The notes under the pieces: generated by a model
Database searches by the model: none
What the model was told of the DNA's origin: nothing
The model's input: only the letters and a program-made list of their open reading frames with translations
Origin: a bacterium
GTDB lineage: Bacteria > Patescibacteriota > UBA1384 > 2-12-FULL-50-11
DNA length: 64,000 nt
Assembly (NCBI GenBank): GCA_021463485.1
Contig: JAJTYJ010000003.1
Span: forward strand, 88,380 to 152,379
Direction: 5' to 3'
Shown: positions 32,877-43,698 of the stretch, in pieces
Layout of the letters: each line of letters starts with the position of its first letter
Numbering within the stretch: position 1 is the stretch's first letter
Made by a program: the position numbers and the translations under genes

Positions 32877-33458
32877 ATGAAAATTCTTTTAGGACAGAAA
32901 ATTGGTATGACACAGCTTTGGGATAACAAGGGCAAGCTTGTTGCGGCCACTGTTATTCAGGCACAGCCAAATAAAGTTCTACGACACGGCGAAAGCCGCG
33001 TTTTTGTTGCGGCTAACGTTCGTGGCAAAGTTAATAAACCACAACAAAAATTAGCTAAAGAAGCCGGCATCACCGACGGCATGTGGTTAAAAAGCGTTAC
33101 TGATGTTGAAGGCGAAACGCTCGATGTAACACAGTTTGAAATCGGTGACGTTGTGACAGTTAGTGGTACCACTAAAGGTAAGGGTTTTAGCGGTACGATT
33201 AAACGTCATAACTTCCACCGCGGACCGATGACTCACGGTGGTGATAACCATCGCGGACCGGGTTCGATCGGTGCACAACGACCGCAGCGCGTACCGAAAG
33301 GTCAGAAAATGGCCGGTCATCTCGGTAACGTTCAGTTTACTTCTCGCGGAAACAAGGTTATCGCCGTCGAGCCAGCTGAGAACTTATTAGTGATCGCTGG
33401 TGCAGTGCCAGGACCAAAAAAATCTAACGTTATCGTCCGATTACAGGAGAATAAATAA
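32877..33458 (+). CDS. rplC: 50S ribosomal protein L3
   Basis: KIGMTQ, KGKGFSG, PGSIG, KMAGHLG. Confidence 0.99.
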   Translation: MKILLGQKIGMTQLWDNKGKLVAATVIQAQPNKVLRHGESRVFVAANVRGKVNKPQQKLAKEAGITDGMWLKSVTDVEGETLDVTQFEIGDVVTVSGTTKGKGFSGTIKRHNFHRGPMTHGGDNHRGPGSIGAQRPQRVPKGQKMAGHLGNVQFTSRGNKVIAVEPAENLLVIAGAVPGPKKSNVIVRLQENK

Positions 33459-34069
33459 TGGCCAAGGCAAAACTAAACGTATCGCTGATTAAACAAGCCT
33501 TGCGCACCAAGCAAGCGAATACTCGGCAGGCAACGTCGCACGTTAAAACACGCGGCGAGGTTTCTGGTGGCGGTAAAAAGCCGTGGAAGCAGAAAGGTAC
33601 TGGTCGTGCCCGTGCTGGCTCAAGCCGAAGTCCGATTTGGGTTGGCGGCGGAATTGTGTTCGGCCCAAGCCGAGAGCGCAATTACAAACTCAATTTACCG
33701 AAAAAAATGAATCGAGCAGCGATTACTCAGCTGCTTCGGTACCAATTGGAAAACGGTGCACTAAAAATCGTTGACAAACTAGCACTCAAAGAGCCAAAAA
33801 CCAAATTAGCGCTCAAATTACTAGAAGAGCATGGCGCCCAGAGCACGGTAACAATTATTACAAAAGAAGTGCAGCCAGAGTTACTAGCCGGCACTAACAA
33901 TTTAAAAACTGTTTCAGTTGTTTTAGCAGATAACGTATCAGTATTAGATATCGCTCATGCAAAGACCATCCTTGTCGACAAAGCCTCGGCCGAGCAGTTC
34001 GGATTAGTCGAGAAGGTAGCTGAATCGAAACCAAAACCAAAAAGCAAAATAACAGCTAAAAAGAAATAA
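33458..34069 (+). CDS. rplD: 50S ribosomal protein L4
   Basis: KTRGEVSGGGKKPWKQKGTGRARAGS. Confidence 0.99.
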   Translation: MAKAKLNVSLIKQALRTKQANTRQATSHVKTRGEVSGGGKKPWKQKGTGRARAGSSRSPIWVGGGIVFGPSRERNYKLNLPKKMNRAAITQLLRYQLENGALKIVDKLALKEPKTKLALKLLEEHGAQSTVTIITKEVQPELLAGTNNLKTVSVVLADNVSVLDIAHAKTILVDKASAEQFGLVEKVAESKPKPKSKITAKKK

Positions 34070-34386
34070 TGAGCTCAATTATCGCCCCAGTTTTAACAGA
34101 AAAATCGGCAAGCAATTTTGATAACGGCTTATACGTGTTTGCTGTAGCTAAATACGCGACAAAAAACTCGATCGCGGCAGAGCTAAAACACCTCTACGAT
34201 GTTGATGTAACGTCGGTTCGAATCGTTAATTTACCAGCTAAGACAGTTAATTTTAAACGAAAACCCGGGGTACGCAGCGTTCGACGTAAGGCTTACATTC
34301 AACTTGCTCCGAAGCAAAAAATCGCGGGCTTTGAAGTTCAAAAAGAAGCAAAAGAAAAAGAAGAGAAAGTAGAGGAGACTAAGTAA
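34069..34386 (+). CDS. rplW: 50S ribosomal protein L23
   Basis: PVLTEKS, RKAYIQL; synteny. Confidence 0.97.
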   Translation: MSSIIAPVLTEKSASNFDNGLYVFAVAKYATKNSIAAELKHLYDVDVTSVRIVNLPAKTVNFKRKPGVRSVRRKAYIQLAPKQKIAGFEVQKEAKEKEEKVEETK

Positions 34387-35219
34387 TGCCACGCGCTATT
34401 AAACCGACCAGTCCGGCGATTCGCCACATGAGTTACGGCGATTTTAGTACTCTTACTAAAAAACGACCAGAAAAGTCGCTAACGTTTCGTTTGAAAAAGC
34501 ACGGCGGACGCGATAATAAAGGTATAATTTCCGTCCGTCACCAGGGCGGCGGCTCTAAAAAGCTTTACCGAGCTGTAGATTTTAAGTTTTTACCGTTTGA
34601 AGGTAAGGCAGTTGTAACAGCAATCGAGTACGACCCAAACCGCTCGGCGTTTATCGCGTTAATCGAAGTCGGTGAGGCGAAGACAAAAAATTACATCATC
34701 GCTGCAGAAGGTTTGAAAGTTGGCGATACCGTTACCTCAGGACCGGCTAAGAAGTTTACAGTCGGATCTCGTATGAAACTAGCTGATCTACCGGTCGGTA
34801 CGGTTATTCATAATATCGAGCTTAACCCGGGACAAGGCGGTAAAATCGTGCGTTCAGCCGGTTCGAGCGCGGTACTAGCTGCCAAGGAAGGTAAGTTTGC
34901 GTATATCAAGATGCCTTCTTCAGAAATGCGTAAAGTCCTGTTAGAATGTATGGCGTCAGTCGGTGCGGTATCTAACCCAACTCATAACCGCGTTCGCATT
35001 GCAAAAGCCGGTCGTATGCGCCATATGGGCGTTCGTCCATCTGTTCGTGGTAAGGCGATGTCGCCGAACTCTCACCCACACGGTGGAGGAGAAGGATTGA
35101 GCCCGATTGGTATGAAACATCCGAAAACTCCATGGGGTAAACCGGCGCTTGGGTACCGAACGCGTCGTAACAAACGTACCCAGAAGTATATTATTAGCCG
35201 CCGAAAGGCCAAGAGGTAA
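34386..35219 (+). CDS. rplB: 50S ribosomal protein L2
   Basis: EYDPNRSA, HPHGGGEG. Confidence 0.99.
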   Translation: MPRAIKPTSPAIRHMSYGDFSTLTKKRPEKSLTFRLKKHGGRDNKGIISVRHQGGGSKKLYRAVDFKFLPFEGKAVVTAIEYDPNRSAFIALIEVGEAKTKNYIIAAEGLKVGDTVTSGPAKKFTVGSRMKLADLPVGTVIHNIELNPGQGGKIVRSAGSSAVLAAKEGKFAYIKMPSSEMRKVLLECMASVGAVSNPTHNRVRIAKAGRMRHMGVRPSVRGKAMSPNSHPHGGGEGLSPIGMKHPKTPWGKPALGYRTRRNKRTQKYIISRRKAKR

Positions 35220-35224
35220 AGTAG

Positions 35225-35524
35225 ATGAGTCGATCACTGAAAAAGGGTCCGTATTGCGATCCGAAACTACTCAAAAAAATTCAGAATATGCCAGCCGGCT
35301 CACGCACGGTAATTAAAACGTGGTCGCGTTCGTCGACGATCTTTCCAGAGATGGTTGGGTTTACGTTCGGTGTTCACAACGGTAAAACTCATCAAGCAGT
35401 AACTGTTGTGGAAGAGATGGTCGGTCATAAACTTGGTGAGTTTGCGCCAACCCGGAAATTCCGTAGTCACGGCGGTAAAATGGCAAAAGAACAAGGCGCC
35501 GCCCCAGCTGGAGGTAAGAAATAA
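35225..35524 (+). CDS. rpsS: 30S ribosomal protein S19
   Basis: [20 protein letters not shown]. Confidence 0.99.
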   Translation: MSRSLKKGPYCDPKLLKKIQNMPAGSRTVIKTWSRSSTIFPEMVGFTFGVHNGKTHQAVTVVEEMVGHKLGEFAPTRKFRSHGGKMAKEQGAAPAGGKK

Positions 35525-35526
35525 CC

Positions 35527-35931
35527 ATGGCTGTAACTGTTAAATTACGCTACATCAGACATTCAGCTAAAAAATTGCGTCCGTACGCACGACTTTTTGT
35601 TGGTAAGCCTCTTCAGGGCTCGATTAACAAAAGTATGCTGATGCCACAGGATTCCGCTCAATTTATTTATAAAGCATTGCTAATGGCGCGCGCAGCAGCA
35701 GAGTCTAAAGAGTTTAAACCAGAAGAGATGATCGTCTCGATGATAATGGCCGACGAAGGTCCACGGATTAAGCGAATGCGACCGAACGCTCGTGGTCGCT
35801 CGAACCGCTACCAAAAACACTTGGCTCACCTAACCCTTAGTGTTGATGTGCCAAAAATTGAGCCAAAGAAAATCGAAGAAAAACCAAAGACCGCTAAAAA
35901 AGCCGTCGCCAAGAAAGGTGAGAAAAAGTAA
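35527..35931 (+). CDS. rplV: 50S ribosomal protein L22
   Basis: DEGPRIKRMRPNARGR; synteny. Confidence 0.97.
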   Translation: MAVTVKLRYIRHSAKKLRPYARLFVGKPLQGSINKSMLMPQDSAQFIYKALLMARAAAESKEFKPEEMIVSMIMADEGPRIKRMRPNARGRSNRYQKHLAHLTLSVDVPKIEPKKIEEKPKTAKKAVAKKGEKK

Positions 35932-35933
35932 TC

Positions 35934-36596
35934 ATGGGTCAGAAAATTAATCCTATCAGCAATCGACTTCCGATCACCGCTAACTGGCAGAGTAAGTGGT
36001 TCGCTAAGGGTGACTTTAAAAAATACTTAGTCGCCGATTTTAAAATTCGTGATTACATTAAAGCTAAGCTCTCAAACGCAGGCTTACGCCGAGTTGAAAT
36101 TATTCGCTCACGAGATCGACTAACAATTCAATTGGCGACGAGTAAACCTGGTCTTGTGATCGGTCGCGGCGGCCAAGGTATTTCTACTCTTAAAGACGAA
36201 CTTCAGAAAAAGTTTTACCCTGAAAACTTACCAGTAATTCGGTTAGAGATTGTTGAAGATCGTCATCCCGAACTATCAGCGACGTTGATCGGTCAGAATA
36301 TTGGTAATCAGATCGAACGTCGAATTCCGTATCGAAGAGCCTGTAAGCAAGCGATCGAGCGAACGATGAGTAACAAGGTTGCTAAAGGCATTAAGATTAT
36401 TGTTTCCGGTCGTTTGAACGGCGCCGAAATTGCGCGGGACGAAAAATTCCAAGACGGATCGATCCCACTTTCGCGTTACGAGTACGATATCGACTACGAC
36501 GTTTACCACGCTCGTACCACTTATGGGGTAATCGGCGTTAAGGTTTGGGTTAATCGCGGTAAATTTGTCGACCAAGAGCAGGAGGAGAAGAACTAA
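35934..36596 (+). CDS. rpsC: 30S ribosomal protein S3
   Basis: [27 protein letters not shown]. Confidence 0.99.
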   Translation: MGQKINPISNRLPITANWQSKWFAKGDFKKYLVADFKIRDYIKAKLSNAGLRRVEIIRSRDRLTIQLATSKPGLVIGRGGQGISTLKDELQKKFYPENLPVIRLEIVEDRHPELSATLIGQNIGNQIERRIPYRRACKQAIERTMSNKVAKGIKIIVSGRLNGAEIARDEKFQDGSIPLSRYEYDIDYDVYHARTTYGVIGVKVWVNRGKFVDQEQEEKN

Positions 36597-37009
36597 TGCT
36601 TTTGCCAAAGAAGCTCAAGCACCGAAAAGTCTTTAAGGGAACCTACGCTGGCCCAGCCACGCGTGGCTTTACCGTAAGTTTCGGAACCTACGGCTTAAAG
36701 GCTATGGATCGTGCCTGGTTATCTTCAAGACAGCTTGAAGCCGGTCGTCGAGCGATGACTCGCTATATTAAGCGTGGTGGTAAAATCTGGATTCGTGTCT
36801 TTCCTCACAAACCTGTTACATCAAAGCCAGCCGAAGTCGGCATGGGCGGCGGTAAGGGCGCGCTTGATCATTTTGTTGCTGTAGTTAAGCCCGGTACTAT
36901 TCTTTACGAAATGTCAGGTGTTGATGAAGCGACGGCAGCTGAGGCGATGCGTTTGGCGGCCAATAAACTACCAGTTAAAACTAAGTTCATTAAGGCGGAC
37001 TCCAAATGA
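36596..37009 (+). CDS. rplP: 50S ribosomal protein L16
   Basis: [14 protein letters not shown]. Confidence 0.99.
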   Translation: MLLPKKLKHRKVFKGTYAGPATRGFTVSFGTYGLKAMDRAWLSSRQLEAGRRAMTRYIKRGGKIWIRVFPHKPVTSKPAEVGMGGGKGALDHFVAVVKPGTILYEMSGVDEATAAEAMRLAANKLPVKTKFIKADSK

Positions 37010-37221
37010 AGCGACGAGATTTATTATCAGACATTAGAGGCTTATCAACAGAGAAGCTATCTGGTAAAATAGCCGAGAGCCAGAAAAAGTTAGTGCTCTT
37101 ACAGCAGGATAAATTATTAGGAAAGCTCAAAAACGTCCGAGAGCTCTCTGTATTAAAAACCGATATCGCTCGGATGAAGACCGTTCTCGACGAAAAGATT
37201 ACCGAAGGATTAAGTAAATAA
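37006..37221 (+). CDS. rpmC: 50S ribosomal protein L29
   Basis: [11 protein letters not shown]; synteny. Confidence 0.95.
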   Translation: MKRRDLLSDIRGLSTEKLSGKIAESQKKLVLLQQDKLLGKLKNVRELSVLKTDIARMKTVLDEKITEGLSK

Positions 37222-37222
37222 G

Positions 37223-37462
37223 ATGAAAAAAACCCAGGTTGGCACCGTTGTTTCCGACAAAATGCAGAATACTGCTGTTGTTGAGGTTGCTCTCTGGAAG
37301 ATTCATCGGATTATCAAAAAGCGCTATAAGCGTCATCAACGATTTATGGCCCATAACCCGGAAAACACGTACAAGGTGGGGGATAAAGTAGAGATCGTTG
37401 AGACCAAGCCGCTGAGCAAGAATAAGCGTTGGGAGATCACCCGAAAGGTTGAGGTTAAGTAA
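37223..37462 (+). CDS. rpsQ: 30S ribosomal protein S17
   Basis: [22 protein letters not shown]. Confidence 0.98.
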   Translation: MKKTQVGTVVSDKMQNTAVVEVALWKIHRIIKKRYKRHQRFMAHNPENTYKVGDKVEIVETKPLSKNKRWEITRKVEVK

Positions 37463-37830
37463 TGTTACAGCTTATGAGTCGCGTAAAAGTTGCGGACAAT
37501 TCCGGCGCTAAGTGGGTCGGAGTAATTAAAGTTGTCGGTCAGGGTATCCACGACGGCGCCGAGCTCGGTGATATCGTAGTTGCCTCTGTTAAATCTGCGA
37601 TGCCGCGAGGTAACGTTAAAGCTAAAGAAGTTGTTCGAGCGGTGATCGTTCGACAGAGTAAACCGTATCGTCGCAAAGACGGTTCGACGATTCGCTTTGA
37701 CGATAACGCTGTTGTAATTATTAACCCCGACGGAACGCCGCGAGGAACCCGAATTTTTGGTCCGATTGCCAGAGAGATTCGTGATCGTGGATACGCGAAG
37801 ATCGTTTCGCTAGCGCCGGAGGTACTCTAA
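37462..37830 (+). CDS. rplN: 50S ribosomal protein L14
   Basis: [23 protein letters not shown]. Confidence 0.99.
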   Translation: MLQLMSRVKVADNSGAKWVGVIKVVGQGIHDGAELGDIVVASVKSAMPRGNVKAKEVVRAVIVRQSKPYRRKDGSTIRFDDNAVVIINPDGTPRGTRIFGPIAREIRDRGYAKIVSLAPEVL

Positions 37831-38159
37831 TGGCTAGAATTCTAAAAGGCGACAAAGTACTAATTATTGCCGGCAAGGACCGAAACAAGGTTGGCGTGGT
37901 TGAAAAAGTTTTCCCTACCGAGCAAAAAGTTGTTGTGGCAGGAATAAATATTGTTAAAAAACACTTAAAAAAGTCGATGCAAAATCCGCAAGGCGGCGTT
38001 ATTGAGAAAACTGCACCGATGCATATCTCAAATGTTATGTTGCTTGATCCGGCAAAGAATAAACCAACCCGAATTGGTTATATCGTAACGCCAAAAGATA
38101 AAAACCGTGTCACGAAGCTTAGTAATGAAGTTGTTCGACAGACTAAAGAGAAGAAATAA
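37830..38159 (+). CDS. rplX: 50S ribosomal protein L24
   Basis: KOW motif KGDKVLIIAGKD, APMHISNV. Confidence 0.98.
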   Translation: MARILKGDKVLIIAGKDRNKVGVVEKVFPTEQKVVVAGINIVKKHLKKSMQNPQGGVIEKTAPMHISNVMLLDPAKNKPTRIGYIVTPKDKNRVTKLSNEVVRQTKEKK

Positions 38160-38704
38160 TGTCTATTATTAACGTCAAAGAAAATTATCAGGCAAACGTC
38201 AAAGAACTTCAGCAGAAGCTAGAGGTACCGAACGTGTGGGCGCTGCCTAGAATTACGAAGGTTAGCGTCAACGTCGGACTTGGCCAGCACCGGGCTAATA
38301 AAGAGATGGTTAGTTATATTCAAGATACGCTCACAATTATTACCGGTCAGAAAGCTGTGCCAACAAAAGCCAAGAAAGCGATCGCTGGTTTCAAAATCCG
38401 AGCCGGAGATGTTGTTGGTATGCGAGTAACGCTTCGCGGCGCAAAGATGAACGATTTTCTCAACCGTTTAATTAATATCAGTCTTCCACGAATTCGTGAT
38501 TTTAAAGGAATTGAAAAGAAATGTTTGGATAAACAAGGCAATCTAACGATCGGTCTACGCGATCAAGTTCCGTTTGCCGAACTCGGTCACGACGCAATGG
38601 AGAAGCAGTTCGGTTTAACAATCAGTGTCTCGATAAAAAATTCGGATCCAGAAAAGAGTTTCGTTATGCTTCAGACTCTTGGTTTTCCGATGAGAATCCA
38701 GTAA
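38159..38704 (+). CDS. rplE: 50S ribosomal protein L5
   Basis: [19 protein letters not shown]. Confidence 0.99.
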   Translation: MSIINVKENYQANVKELQQKLEVPNVWALPRITKVSVNVGLGQHRANKEMVSYIQDTLTIITGQKAVPTKAKKAIAGFKIRAGDVVGMRVTLRGAKMNDFLNRLINISLPRIRDFKGIEKKCLDKQGNLTIGLRDQVPFAELGHDAMEKQFGLTISVSIKNSDPEKSFVMLQTLGFPMRIQ

Positions 38705-38717
38705 AATTGAATCTGTT

Positions 38718-38897
38718 ATGGCAAGTAAACGATATACAACCGGCAAAGTTCCAAAATTCAAAACCCGCATCGTTAATCGTTGCGCACTTTGTGGACGTAA
38801 CCGCGGCTATCTGCGTAAGTTTGGGATTTGCCGAATTTGTTTTCGTGAACGAGCTAGTAGCGGTGAGATTCCAGGTATTAGAAAGGCATCGTGGTAA
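38718..38897 (+). CDS. rpsN: 30S ribosomal protein S14 (Zn-binding type Z), 59 aa
   Basis: [59 protein letters not shown]; missed by ORF track. Confidence 0.98.
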   Translation: MASKRYTTGKVPKFKTRIVNRCALCGRNRGYLRKFGICRICFRERASSGEIPGIRKASW

Positions 38898-38964
38898 ATA
38901 AATATGTACTATCACTTCGCTCAGAAACCATCGCAGAAAACCATGAATATTTTTAGAGGTGCTC

Positions 38965-39336
38965 ATGTATAACGACACTGTTAGCGATTTCTTAACTCGA
39001 CTCCGCAACAGCTCACTCTCCGGCAAGAAGGTGGCGAAAGTTCGTTATAGCAAAATGGTTACTGATATCGCTGAGATTCTTAAAAAAGAAGGTTTTATTA
39101 TTTCGATCGATCGCGACGGTAACGAGATGGATATCGTATTAAATAGCGAGACTCCGTTTACTCACATTAAGCGTATCAGTAAGCCTGGCATCCGACGTTA
39201 CGTTAAATCAAGCGAAATTCCAACACCACGTAGCGGTTTTGGTATGGTAATCATTTCAACGCCAAAAGGTGTCTTAACTGGTCAGCAAGCAAAAAAACAA
39301 AAAGTCGGCGGCGAATTAGTTTGTGAGGTCTGGTAA
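38965..39336 (+). CDS. rpsH: 30S ribosomal protein S8
   Basis: DFLTRLRN, RISKPG, GGELVCEVW. Confidence 0.99.
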   Translation: MYNDTVSDFLTRLRNSSLSGKKVAKVRYSKMVTDIAEILKKEGFIISIDRDGNEMDIVLNSETPFTHIKRISKPGIRRYVKSSEIPTPRSGFGMVIISTPKGVLTGQQAKKQKVGGELVCEVW

Positions 39337-39878
39337 TGTCACGAATCGGAATTAAACCAGTTGTAGTTAACGACGGCGTCACAGTTACGGTTGAGCCAAC
39401 GAGTATTACCGCAAAGGGCCCGCTTGGCGAACTTTCGATCGCGTTGCCGCACGGAATTTCTGTAACTCAGAAAGATAACAAAATGACCGTTGCTCGTTTG
39501 AGCGATGCAAAACAGTATCGGGCGTTGCACGGTACGGTTCGCAACCTTCTTCACAACATTATTACAGGTGTTTCAACTGGGTTTACTAAAAAATTAGAAT
39601 TGGTTGGTATTGGCTATAGAGCAGCGATCGAAGGGAACGACTTAGTATTACAAGTCGGGTATACTCACCCAGTCCGAATGACGATTCCCGAAGGACTTCA
39701 AGCTAAAGTTGAGAAGAACGTGATTACAGTTACAGGCGCCGATAAACAACGTCTCGGTCAGTTCTGCGCAGAGGTCCGTCAAGTCCGCAAGCCTGAACCG
39801 TACAAGGGCAAGGGTATCCGCTACCAAGGTGAGCACGTTCGTATGAAACAAGGTAAGGCGATGAAGGCAGCGGCGTAA
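39336..39878 (+). CDS. rplF: 50S ribosomal protein L6
   Basis: MSRIG, PEPYKGKGIRY. Confidence 0.99.
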   Translation: MSRIGIKPVVVNDGVTVTVEPTSITAKGPLGELSIALPHGISVTQKDNKMTVARLSDAKQYRALHGTVRNLLHNIITGVSTGFTKKLELVGIGYRAAIEGNDLVLQVGYTHPVRMTIPEGLQAKVEKNVITVTGADKQRLGQFCAEVRQVRKPEPYKGKGIRYQGEHVRMKQGKAMKAAA

Positions 39879-39880
39879 AA

Positions 39881-40207
39881 ATGATAAATAGAAATAAAAT
39901 TCACACTAAATTGCGGTTCAAAGTTTCTGGCACAGCCAGCCGCCCTCGTTTAGCAGTCTATCGAAGCTTGCAAAATGTTTTTGCGCAGTTGATCGACGAC
40001 GAGAATGGTGTCACACTTGCCAGTGCTTCTTCACTTAAAGAAAAAGGATCACTAACACAGAAAGCCAAGATCGTCGGTGGAGCAATCGCTAAGGCTGCGG
40101 CTGAGAAAAAGATAAAGACGGCTGTATACGATCGCGGCGGATTTGCGTACAAAGGCGCGGTTAAGACGCTTTGCGAAGCAGCACGAGAGAACGGATTAAC
40201 GATATAA
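39881..40207 (+). CDS. rplR: 50S ribosomal protein L18
   Basis: RPRLAVYRS, AQLIDD, DRGGFAY. Confidence 0.98.
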   Translation: MINRNKIHTKLRFKVSGTASRPRLAVYRSLQNVFAQLIDDENGVTLASASSLKEKGSLTQKAKIVGGAIAKAAAEKKIKTAVYDRGGFAYKGAVKTLCEAARENGLTI

Positions 40208-40208
40208 A

Positions 40209-40709
40209 ATGGTACGAGATAAAAACGATATTAGCGAAGAGATAATTATCACCGAAGCACCAGAGATGTTGGAGCGCGTAGTTGGAGTTGATCGAATTTC
40301 GCGAACCGTTAAAGGTGGTCGTCGGATCCGTTTCAGAGCGCTGATTATTATTGGCGATCGTAACGGTAAGGTTGGTATGGGAGTTGCGAAGGCAAACGAC
40401 GTACAGACCGCAATCGCTAAAGCTAAAAACAAAGCAAATAAATCGATGATTGAAGTGCCGATCGTTAACGACAGTATCGCTCACGAGGTGATGCAGGTAT
40501 TCGGAACGACTCGCGTAATCTTAAAACCAGCACCGAAGGGTCACTCAATTATCGCTGGTGGAGCTGTTCGCTCGGTCGTTGAGCTTTGCGGAATTAAAAA
40601 TATCGTTAGTAAATCACTCGGTAGTTCCAACGCGATCAATAACGCAACTGCGACGTTTCTAGCATTACAACAATTAAAAGTTAATCCTGTTAAGCGAGGT
40701 CAAAAATGA
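40209..40709 (+). CDS. rpsE: 30S ribosomal protein S5
   Basis: [16 protein letters not shown]. Confidence 0.99.
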   Translation: MVRDKNDISEEIIITEAPEMLERVVGVDRISRTVKGGRRIRFRALIIIGDRNGKVGMGVAKANDVQTAIAKAKNKANKSMIEVPIVNDSIAHEVMQVFGTTRVILKPAPKGHSIIAGGAVRSVVELCGIKNIVSKSLGSSNAINNATATFLALQQLKVNPVKRGQK

Positions 40710-41119
40710 GCGTAACGAAGCTATTTAAAGACATGCGCGACACCAAATCTCGACGACTCGGTCGTGGTATCGGCTCGACTAAAGGTAAAACTGCCGGTCG
40801 CGGTACGAAGGGTCAGAAATCTCGAGCCGGAGCTAGTCGAAAAATTAAGCCGTGGTTTGAAGGTGGACAGACCCCGCTATTTCGAAAGTTAGCTAAAAAG
40901 CGCGGATTTTCTCTCGATAAAGTTGAGAAAGTAACTATTACAACTACAGTTCTTAACGCTTTTTATAAATCGGGTGAAACTGTTTCGCCACAAACCCTGC
41001 TTGAGAAAAAGCTAATTCGCGCTAATAAACTTAAATCACGAATAAAAATTGTTGTTCGGGCACCGCTGGCGCACAAGCTCACGTTTGAAGGCGTACAAAC
41101 CTCAGCAACCCTAAAATAA
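40706..41119 (+). CDS. rplO: 50S ribosomal protein L15
   Basis: [26 protein letters not shown]. Confidence 0.98.
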   Translation: MSVTKLFKDMRDTKSRRLGRGIGSTKGKTAGRGTKGQKSRAGASRKIKPWFEGGQTPLFRKLAKKRGFSLDKVEKVTITTTVLNAFYKSGETVSPQTLLEKKLIRANKLKSRIKIVVRAPLAHKLTFEGVQTSATLK

Positions 41120-41122
41120 TTG

Positions 41123-42391
41123 ATGTGGTCTTATTTGCTCCAAGTTTGGCAGTCAAAAGACCTCAGAACAAAGATTCTCTTCACAGTGGGGATTCTCTTA
41201 TTTGTTCGTATCGTTGCCCATATCCCGTTACCAGCAATCGATCGAGATCAGCTTGCAGCGTTTCTTGGACAACAAGAGAACCAAGTATTCGGTTTTCTTA
41301 GCTTGTTTACCGGAGGCTCACTTAGCCGTCTCTCTATCGATTTACTCGGCGTCGGACCGTATATTACCGCTTCTATCATCGTCCAGATTCTCACTAAAGC
41401 AATTCCGAAATGGGATGAGATTAGTAAAGAAGGCAACAGCGGTCGCGAGAAGCTTAACCAATACACCCGATACCTCAGCGTGCCGCTTGCGCTAATTCAG
41501 GGTTACGCCACAATCACCCTCCTTAAAAGTCAGAATATTCTAACCCTGTTGACGACTGAAGATATTATTAAGATTCTTATCACCATCACTGCATCGAGTA
41601 TCTTCGTGATGTGGCTCGGCGAGCTTATCTCGGAGAAAGGTATCGGTAACGGAATCTCGTTAATTATTGCTCTTGGTATCGTCGCAGGCTTACCGCAACA
41701 AATTAGCAACACCGCCAATATTATTGAGTCGGGTAATCTAATGAGTCTTCTAATATTCGGCGCAATCGGATTATTGGTTATTGCGGTAATAATTATGGTT
41801 AATGAGGCGGAGCGAAAAGTACCGATTCAGTATGCACGTCGAACGATCGGTTCCGGTCGAGCCGTTGATAGTCACTTGCCGCTCCGGGTAAATACTGCCG
41901 GAGTTGTTCCGATTATTTTCGCGTTAAGTTTCTTAACGTTCCCGACGCTAATTGCTCGATTTCTGTCTACGGCAAAATCAGACAAGATCGTCGAATTTGC
42001 TAATAAAGTTACCGAGCTATCTTCGAATAATTTGTATTACGGATTATCGTACTTCCTTTTGGTATTTGGATTTACATACTTTTATACTTACATCGTTTTT
42101 CAACCAAATCAGGTAGCGGAGAATTTGCAGAAACAGGGTAGTTTTATTCCGGGTATCCGTCCAGGCAGCGAAACAGCGGCGTTTTTAAAGTATACAATCG
42201 GTCGCATCACCTTTATCGGTGCCACGTTCTTATCGGCGATCGCTGTTTTACCGATTGTCGTTCAGTCGATAACCGATATCTCAACGCTGGTACTCGGCGG
42301 CACAAGCTTGCTAATCGTTGTGTCGGTAGTAATAGAAACCAGCCGACAACTCTCCAGTCAGTTGATAATGAGAAAGTACGATACTGTTTAG
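41123..42391 (+). CDS. secY: Preprotein translocase SecY
   Basis: LGVGPYITASII, GIGNGISL, IPGIRPG, GGTSLLIVV. Confidence 0.99.
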   Translation: MWSYLLQVWQSKDLRTKILFTVGILLFVRIVAHIPLPAIDRDQLAAFLGQQENQVFGFLSLFTGGSLSRLSIDLLGVGPYITASIIVQILTKAIPKWDEISKEGNSGREKLNQYTRYLSVPLALIQGYATITLLKSQNILTLLTTEDIIKILITITASSIFVMWLGELISEKGIGNGISLIIALGIVAGLPQQISNTANIIESGNLMSLLIFGAIGLLVIAVIIMVNEAERKVPIQYARRTIGSGRAVDSHLPLRVNTAGVVPIIFALSFLTFPTLIARFLSTAKSDKIVEFANKVTELSSNNLYYGLSYFLLVFGFTYFYTYIVFQPNQVAENLQKQGSFIPGIRPGSETAAFLKYTIGRITFIGATFLSAIAVLPIVVQSITDISTLVLGGTSLLIVVSVVIETSRQLSSQLIMRKYDTV

Positions 42392-42428
42392 CAAGCGTTG
42401 GCTGTAAAACCGTGTTAGGATTTAATAG

Positions 42429-43118
42429 ATGAATATTCCAACAAGTGCGTTAATCGTTACTGTTTTACTTTTTGGCTTTTTAACTGGATCAACGTTGTTT
42501 TTCTACAACAAAACCAGGGTGGAGAAAACTCAGAAAACTGAGCAAGTTAACTCGTTTAACGCTGAGCTACCGAAAAGTGTCGACGCTAACACTCCTGACG
42601 AAGTTGATGCCGCTACCAAACCGGCTGAGCCAAAGGGGCGACCGTCGTACCCAGCTAATGTCTACACCGTTAGTCCGAAAGAAACGCTCTTTGCAATCGG
42701 CAATAAATTTAATATGCCCTGGACGCTAATTGTCGAGGCTAACGGCTTAAGCGACGCCAACGTTATTCAAGCTAACTTTCCGTTAGTCATTCCAAAATAC
42801 AACAAGAATACTGATTATTTTCGGGTTAACTTCGTTTTGAATGAAGATAAATTAACAGAAATGAATCGCGAACTCCGTGACGCTAAAGAGAGTGAGTATT
42901 ATGATCCGATCAAAGTCGCTAAAAAGCACGCCGTGCCGTACTTTGCCGTTAACGAACAAGATAGTTTCTCGCTGATTGAAGAGGATAGAAGTAAAGGAAC
43001 GGCATTAGTTGAGGCAAAATCTGAGCGCCAAACCAATGTCATTGGGCTGATACAGCCGAAAACCAAAGGCGAAAAAGGTCTCTGGGTAGTTTTATACGTT
43101 GAAAGACATGAACAGTAA
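42429..43118 (+). CDS. Membrane-anchored LysM domain protein
   Basis: N-terminal TM; YTVSPKETLFAIGNKFNMPWTLIVEANGLSDANVIQANFPLVIP fits LysM. Confidence 0.85.
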   Translation: MNIPTSALIVTVLLFGFLTGSTLFFYNKTRVEKTQKTEQVNSFNAELPKSVDANTPDEVDAATKPAEPKGRPSYPANVYTVSPKETLFAIGNKFNMPWTLIVEANGLSDANVIQANFPLVIPKYNKNTDYFRVNFVLNEDKLTEMNRELRDAKESEYYDPIKVAKKHAVPYFAVNEQDSFSLIEEDRSKGTALVEAKSERQTNVIGLIQPKTKGEKGLWVVLYVERHEQ

Positions 43119-43698
43119 TATTCCAGTGTATCTTGTCTTTGGTCCGCAAGGTTCGGGCAAAAGTACTCAAGCCGAGTTATTGAGCGAGAAACTCTCTATC
43201 CCGTATTTCGACGCTGGTAACGAATTGCGACGCTTTGTTGAAACAGATTCAGACGAGGCAAATATTGTTCGCTCCAAGATGCAAAACGGTCAGTTAGTCA
43301 GTAATGATATACTGCGTCGGCTATTTTCTCAGTTTATGGAAACGCATAACTGTAGTAACGGGATAGTGGCAGATGGATTTCCAAGAAATATCACTCAGGT
43401 TGAGTTACTCACAGAATTGGCCGAGCAACACCGATGGCAGGTAATTGGCCTATTTATTGATATTTCTGATGAGATCGCTAAGGAACGACTTTCGAAGCGC
43501 TTTTCAGTTGTTGACGGCAAGAAGGTAGTTCGAAGCGATGATCAGCCCGCTATTGTTGAAAAGCGTTTACAAGTATTCAAGCGAGAGACTTTGCCGGTTT
43601 TAGAATATCTTAAACAGCATTTTACCCTGCATGATATCGACGGTACGCCGTCTATTGAAGAAGTACATAAGCAAGTGCTAACTGCTATTAATGGATAA
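43108..43698 (+). CDS. adk: Adenylate kinase (short LID)
   Basis: GPQGSGKSTQA, DGFPR, RSDD. Confidence 0.93.
   Translation: MNSNIPVYLVFGPQGSGKSTQAELLSEKLSIPYFDAGNELRRFVETDSDEANIVRSKMQNGQLVSNDILRRLFSQFMETHNCSNGIVADGFPRNITQVELLTELAEQHRWQVIGLFIDISDEIAKERLSKRFSVVDGKKVVRSDDQPAIVEKRLQVFKRETLPVLEYLKQHFTLHDIDGTPSIEEVHKQVLTAING

Noticed and set aside
38707-38901. 64-aa ORF in the track
   Set aside because: Shadow frame; the real gene is rpsN at 38718-38897
38924-38945. CAGAAA(A)CCAT tandem repeat before rpsH
   Set aside because: Only two short imperfect copies; no supporting structure
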